From the human T2T-CHM13v2.0 reference genome, Homo sapiens: a stretch of DNA of 64,000 nt. Positions 57,671 through 64,000 of the stretch are shown here, piece by piece. Both the position numbers and the translations under genes were made by a program. Numbering within the stretch: position 1 is the stretch's first letter; each line of letters starts with the position of its first letter. The DNA is taken from NCBI RefSeq assembly GCF_009914755.1, contig NC_060947.1, one strand, 5' to 3'. Below the pieces are notes generated by a model that worked only from the letters and a program-made list of their open reading frames with translations, did no database searches and was not told the origin of the DNA.

Positions 57671-60620
57671 ATTCGACAAAAACCACATGATTATCTCAAT
57701 AGATGCAGAAAAGGCCTTTGACAAAATTCAACAGCCCTTCATGCTAAAAACTCTCAATAAACTAGGCATTGATGGAACGTATCTCAAAATAATAAGAGGC
57801 ATTTATGACAAACCCACAGCCAATATTATACTGAATGTGCAGAAACGGGAAGCATTCCCTTTGAAAACTAGCACAAGACAAGGATGCTCTCTCTCTCCAC
57901 TCGTATTCTACATAGTACTGGAATTTTCTACCCAGGGCAATCAGCAAGACAAAGAAATAAAGGGTATTCAAATAGGAAAAAAGAAAGTCAAATTGTTTCT
58001 GTTTGCAGATGACATGATTGTATATTTAGAAAACCTCATCGTCTCAGTCCAAAATTTCCTTAAGCTGATAAGAAACTTCAGCAAAGTCTCAGGATACAAA
58101 ATCAATGTGCAAAAATCACAAGCATTCTTATACACCAATAACAGACAGAGAGCCAAATCATGAGTGAACTTCCATTTGCAATTGCTACTAAGAGAACAAA
58201 ATATCCAGGAATACAACCTACAAGGGAAGTGAAAGATCTCTTCATGAAGAACTACAAACCATTGCTCAAGGAAATAAGAGAGGACGCAAATGGAAAACAT
58301 TTCATGCTCATAGATAGGAAGAATCAATATCTTGAAAATGGCCATACTGCCCAAGATAATTTATAAATTCAAAGCTATCCCCATCAAGCTACCATTGACT
58401 TTCTTCACAGAATTTGAAAAAAACTATTTTAAATTTCATATGGAACTAAAAAAGAGCTTGCATAGTCAAGAGAATTCTAAGCACAAAGAACAATGCTGGA
58501 GGCATCACACTACCTGACCTCAAACTATACTACAAGGCCACTGTAACCAAAACAGCATGGTACTTGTACCAAAACAGATATATAGAACAGTGGAACAGAA
58601 CACAGACCTCAGAAGTGACACCACACTTCTACAACCATCTGATCTTTGACAAACCTGACAAAAACAAGCAAGGGGGAAATGATTTACTATTTAATAAGTG
58701 GTGTTATGAAAACTTTGTGGCCATATGCAGAAAACTGAAACTGGAACCCTTCTTTATACCTTATACAAAAGTTAACACAAGATGGATTAAAGGCTTAAAC
58801 ATAAGACCTAAATCCATAAAAATCCTAGAAGAAAACATAGGCAATACCATTCAGGACATAGGCACGGGCAAAAACATCGTGACTAAAACACCAAAAACAA
58901 TGACAACAAAAACCAAAATTGACAAGTGTGGTCTAATTAAGCTAACGAGCTTCTGCACAGCAAAAGAAACTATCATCAGAGTGTACAGGAAACCTACAGA
59001 ATGGGAGAAAAATTTTGCAATCTATCCTTTTGACAAGGTACTAATATCCAGAATCTACAAAGAACTTAAACAAATTTACAAGAAAAAATAAACAAAACAA
59101 ACAGCCCCCTCAAAAATTGGGTAAAGGATATGAAAAGACACTTCTCAAAAGAAGACATTTATGCAGCCAACAAATGTATAAAAAAATGCTCATCATCACT
59201 TGTCGTTAGAGAAATGCAAATCAAAACCACAATGAGATACCATTTCTCACCACTTAGAATGGCTACCATTAAAAAGTCAGGAAACCCTGCAATCCCATTA
59301 GTAGATATATACCCCAAGGATTATAAATCATTTTCTGATAAAGACACATGCACACGTATGTTTGCTGCAGCACCATTCACAATAGCAAAGACTTGGAACA
59401 AACCCAAATGTCCCTCAATGATAGAGTGGATTAAGAAAATGTGGCACATATACACCACAGAATGCCATGCAGCCATAAAAAAGGATGAGTTCATGTCCTT
59501 TGCAGGGACACGGATGAAGCTGGAAACCATCATTCTCAGCAAACTAACACAGGATCAGAAAACCAAACACTGCATATGCTCACTCACAATTGGGAGTTGA
59601 ACAATGAGAACACACGGACACAGGGAGGGGAACATCACACACCGGAGCCTGTCACTGGGTGGGGGACTAGGGGAGGGATAGCATTAGGAGAAATACCTAA
59701 TGCAGGTGAGGGGTTGATGGGTGCAGCAAACCACCATGACACGTGTATACCTATGTAACAAAACTGCAGGTTCTGCACATGTACTCCAGAACTTAAAGTA
59801 TAATAAAAAAACAGAAAAAAAGATGCATTATTATGTTGTTTGATAAATGTATTTTTTGAAATAGGCACTTACAGCTATAAGCTTTCCTCTCAGTACTGCT
59901 TTCTCTGTATCCCTTAGTATGCTGCATTTTCATTATCTTTTTTTCAAGAAATTTTCAAATTTTCTTCTAGTTTCTTCATTAAGAAGAACATGTGTCATTC
60001 AGGAACATATTGTTTAATTTCTTTTTTTTTTTTAGTTTCTAAAATTTCTATTGTTTTGTATTTCTAATTTTATACCATTGTGGTCAGAGAAGATGCTTGA
60101 TATTATTTCATCTTTTTAAAATGTTTTGAGACTTTTTTGTGACTTAAAATAGGTTCTATCCTTGAGAATAAGCTATGTGTTGCTGAGCAAAGGTATATGA
60201 AATTTGCAACTGTTGGACAAAATATTCTGTAAATTTTTGTTAAGTCCATTTCGTTTATAGTAGAAATTAAGTCCAATATTTCTTTGTTGATTTTCTATCA
60301 GCAAGATGTGTTCAGTGCTGAGAATGGGGTATAAAATCACCAGCTTTTTTTTTTTTTATTGGAGCCTTTGTCTCTCTTTAGCTATAATAGTATTTGCTTT
60401 ACATATCTCTGTTTTCTGGTGTTAGGTGCACATATGTATACAGTTTTTATATTCTCTTGCTAATTGACATCTTTATCTTTATATAGTAACCTTCTTTGTC
60501 TCTTCTTTCATTTTTCATATTAAAATCTATTTTGGCTGTTACAACTATAGCTATTCCTGTTCTTTCTTGTTTTTATTGATAGAAAACTTTTTTTGCATCC
60601 GTTTATTTTCAGTTGATGTC

Positions 60621-61442
60621 TTTTTTTTTAGCATCACATTCTAATCTTTTATTTTTAATTCCTTTCATTTTTTGCACGATAACTTTCTTTAACCCTTTCT
60701 CTCTTTTTTAATTTTATTATTATTATACTTTAAGTTTTAGGGTACATGTGCACCACGTGCAGGTTTGTTACATATGTATACATGTGCCATGTTGGTGTGC
60801 TGTACCCATTAACTCGTCATTTAGCATTAGGTATATCTCCTAATGTTATCCCTCCCCACTGCCCCCACCCCACAACAGTCCCCGGTGTGTGATGTTCCCC
60901 TTCCTGTGTCCATGTGTACTCATTGTTCAACAGAGAAATGCAAATCAAAACCACAATAAGATAACATCTGACACCAGTTAGAATGGCAATCATTAAAAAG
61001 TCAGGAAACAACAGGTGCTGGAGAGGATGTGGAGATATAGGAACACTTTTACACTGTTGGTGGGACTGTAAACTAGTTCAAACATTGTGGAAGACAGTGT
61101 GGCAATTCCTCGGGGATCTAGAACTAGAGATACCATTTGACCCAGCAATCCCATTACTGGGTATATACCCAAAGGATTATAAATCATGCTACTATAAAGG
61201 CACACGCACATGTATGTTTATTGTGGCACTATTCACAATAGCAAAGACTTGGAACCAGCCCAAATTTTCAACAATGATAGACTGGATTAAGAAAATGTGG
61301 CACATATACACCATGGAATACTATGCAGCCATAAAAAATGATGAGTTCATGTCCTTTGTAGGGACATGGATGAAGCTGGAAACAATCACTCTCAGCAAAC
61401 TATTGCAAGGACAAAAAACCAAACACCGCATGTTCTCACTCA
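60621..61442 (-). mobile_element. Short L1PA4-type twin-primed insertion with 3' transduction
   Basis: TSD cagttgatgtcttt (60610-60623 / 61443-61456). Non-L1 segment 60630-60703, 3'UTR on minus 60704-60930, inverted ORF2 end on plus 60931-61442. Confidence 0.93.
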
Positions 61443-62210
61443 CAGTTGATGTCTTTATAGATGAAGTGCATTTCTTGTAGGCAACAGATTATTGTATTTC
61501 ATTTTTGTTAATTTATTTAGCCAGCCTATGCCTTTTGATCAGATAGTTTACTTCATTTACATTCAATGTTATTATTAAGAAATTACTCCTGCCATTTTTT
61601 TACCTGTTTTCTTGTTGTTTTGTCACCTTGCTTTTCTCCTTTTTATCCTTGCTTTCTTCCTTCTAGTAAAGGTAATTTTTTTCTGATGGTATGATTTAAT
61701 TTTTTGCTTTTTTTTATTCCATTGTATGTTTTTTGATTTGAGGTTACCATGAGACTTGCAAGTACTATTGTATAACCATATATTTTAAGCTTTTAGCAAC
61801 ACTGGTTGCATCAACGAACAAGCTAAAATGAAATGTATAAAAATGCTACACATTAAAAATATTCCCCCACTTTTTCACTTTGTTGTTTCTATTCATACTT
61901 TATTGTACTGCTTATGCCTTCAAAAGTTGTTGTAGTTATTATTTTTTATTTATTCATTATTTAGTCTTTCTACTTAAGGTAAGAGTAATTTATGAACCAC
62001 AGTTAGTGTTATAATATTCTGTGTTTTTCTGTGTGCTAACTATTATCCAGTGAGTTTTATACCTTCAGATGATCTTTTATTGCTCATTAACATCTTTTTC
62101 TTTTTTATTTACATACTTGCTTTAGCATTTCTTGTAGTCTGGTGTTGATGGGATCCCTCAGGTTTTGTCTGTCTGGGAAAGTCTATTTCTCCTTTATGTT
62201 TGAAGGATAT

Positions 62211-62581
62211 TGTATTGGTCCATTTTCACATTGCTATAAAAATACTACCTGAGACTGGTTAATTTATAACAAAAAGAGGTTTAATTGACTCACAGTTTCA
62301 CATGACTGGGGAGGCCTCAGGAAACTTAGAATTATGGCAGAAGGTAAAGAGGAAGCAAAGACCTTTTTCATATGGTGGCAGGAGAGAGAAGTGCAAGCAT
62401 GGGAAATGCAGGATGCTTATAAAACCATCAGATCTTGTGAGAACTCACTCACTATCATGAGAACAACATAGAGCAAACTGTACCCATGATCCAATCACCT
62501 CCAACCAGGTCTTTTTCTCAACATTTGGGTATTACATTTCAAGGTGAGATTTGGGTGGGGACACAAAGTCTAACAATATCA
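62211..62581 (-). mobile_element. THE1 (THE1C/D-like) 3' LTR
   Basis: Runs TGTATTGGTCCATTTTCAC to GGGGACACAAAGTCTAACAATATCA, 371 bp. Confidence 0.87.
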
Positions 62582-64000
62582 TTCTGCCTCTGGACCCTCC
62601 CGAATCTCATGTCCATTTCACACTTCAAAACCAATCATGCCTTCCCAACAGTACACCAAAATCTTAATTCATTCCAGCATTAACCCAAAAGTCCAATTCT
62701 AAAGTTTCATCTGAGACAAGGCAAGTTTCTCCTACCTAGGAGCTTGCAAAATCAAAAGCAAGTTAGTTACTTTCAAGATACAATGGGGGTAGAGGGATGA
62801 TATAAATGCTCCTGTTCCAAATGGGAGACACTAGCGAAAACAAAGAGGCTACAGAATGCACACAACTCCAAAATCCAGTGGGGCAGTCATTACATCTTAA
62901 AGCTCCAGAATAATCTGCTTTGACTTCATGTTTCACACCCAGGTAATACTGACACAAGAGGTTGGCCCCCACGGCCTTGGGCAGCTCTGCTCCTGTGGCT
63001 TTGGAGGGCGCAGCCCCCCTTCCCTGGCTGCTTTCATGGCTGGCATTGAGTGTCTGTGGCTTTTCTAGGTGCATGGTGCAAACTATCAGTGGATATACCA
63101 TTACAGGGTCTGGAGAATGGTGACCCTCTTCTCACAGCTCCACTAGGTCATGCCCTATTGTGGACTTGATGTGGGGCCCCCAATCTCACATTTCTCCTTT
63201 GCACTTCCCTAGCAGAGTTTATTCTTGAAGGCTCTGCCCCTGAAGCACACCTCCACCTGGACATTCAGGCATTTCCATCCATCCTCTGAAATCTAGTTAG
63301 AGATTCCCAAAACTCAATACTTGAATTTTGTGCACCCCCACAGGCACAACACCACACAGAAGCTGCCAAGGCTTGGGACTTGCACCCTCTGAAGCAATGG
63401 CCTGAGCTGGAGTGGCTTGAAGGGCATTAAGTCCCAAGACTGCACACAGCAGTGTCCCCTGAACCCAGCCCATGAAATCAATTTTCCCTCCTGGGTCTCT
63501 GGGCCTGTGATGGGAGGGGCTGCTGTGAAGATCTCTGACATGCCCTGGAGACATTTTTTTCACTGCCTTGGCAATAACATTTAGCTCTTCATTACTTATG
63601 CAAATTTCTGCAGCTAGCTTAAATTTTACCCAAGAAAATGGGTTCTTCTTTTCTATCACATTATCGGGCTGCAAATTTTCCAGTTTCATGCTCTGCTTCA
63701 TTTATAAACATAAGTTCCAATTTCAAACCACCTCTTTTTGAACATATGTATGTGAATGCTTTTGGAATAATCCAGGTCATGTCTTGAATACTTTGCTGCA
63801 TAGAAATTTCTCCTGCCAGATACCCTAAATTATCCCTCTCAAGTTCAAATTTCCATAGATCTCTAGTGCAAGAGCAAAATGCCACCAGTCATTTTTCTTA
63901 AACATAGCATGAGTGACCTTTACTCTAGTTCTCAATAAATTTCTCATCTCCATATGAGACCACCTCAGCCTGGACTTCATTGTTCACATCACTATCAGCA
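62582..64000 (-). mobile_element. THE1/MaLR internal region (runs off the window)
   Basis: Remnant MaLR ORF peptides (CTRDLWKFELERDNLGYLAGEIS; LENLQPDNVIEKKNPFS); homologous to 21851-22379. Confidence 0.87.

Noticed and set aside
57603-58163. 186-aa chimeric RT ORF
   Set aside because: It spans the junction between an antisense insert and the host L1, has a non-ATG start, and lies in degenerate sequence.
62763-63885. ORFs of 74-134 aa as a cellular gene
   Set aside because: They are fragments of the decayed MaLR internal ORF.

Overview
This window is primate (hominoid, probably human) genomic DNA. It is AT-rich and almost entirely retroelement-derived; roughly 80% is LINE-1 by my estimate. 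I see no cellular protein-coding gene, RNA gene or prokaryote-type system. Nearly every ORF in the supplied track is an L1 ORF1/ORF2 fragment, its antisense shadow, or a MaLR internal remnant. Old L1M scaffolds carry nested insertions: two divergent full-length L1PA2/3-type elements (5590-11656 minus, 23575-29657 plus), a full-length L1PA7/8 that hosts two further L1s, several twin-primed (5'-inverted) L1s, short 3' transductions, a MER11 solo LTR, MaLR LTRs, a Tigger4-type MITE, two AluS copies and an HNRNPA1 3'UTR retrocopy fragment. No L1 has both ORFs intact; one has an intact antisense ORF0. The most unusual signal is a patchwork of identical non-consensus substitutions shared among independently inserted L1s of different ages, including the same premature ORF2 stop codon in the two full-length young copies. 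This could reflect local gene conversion, an unrecognised source lineage, or an assembly/polishing artefact. Subfamily names and consensus comparisons are from memory and were not computed.
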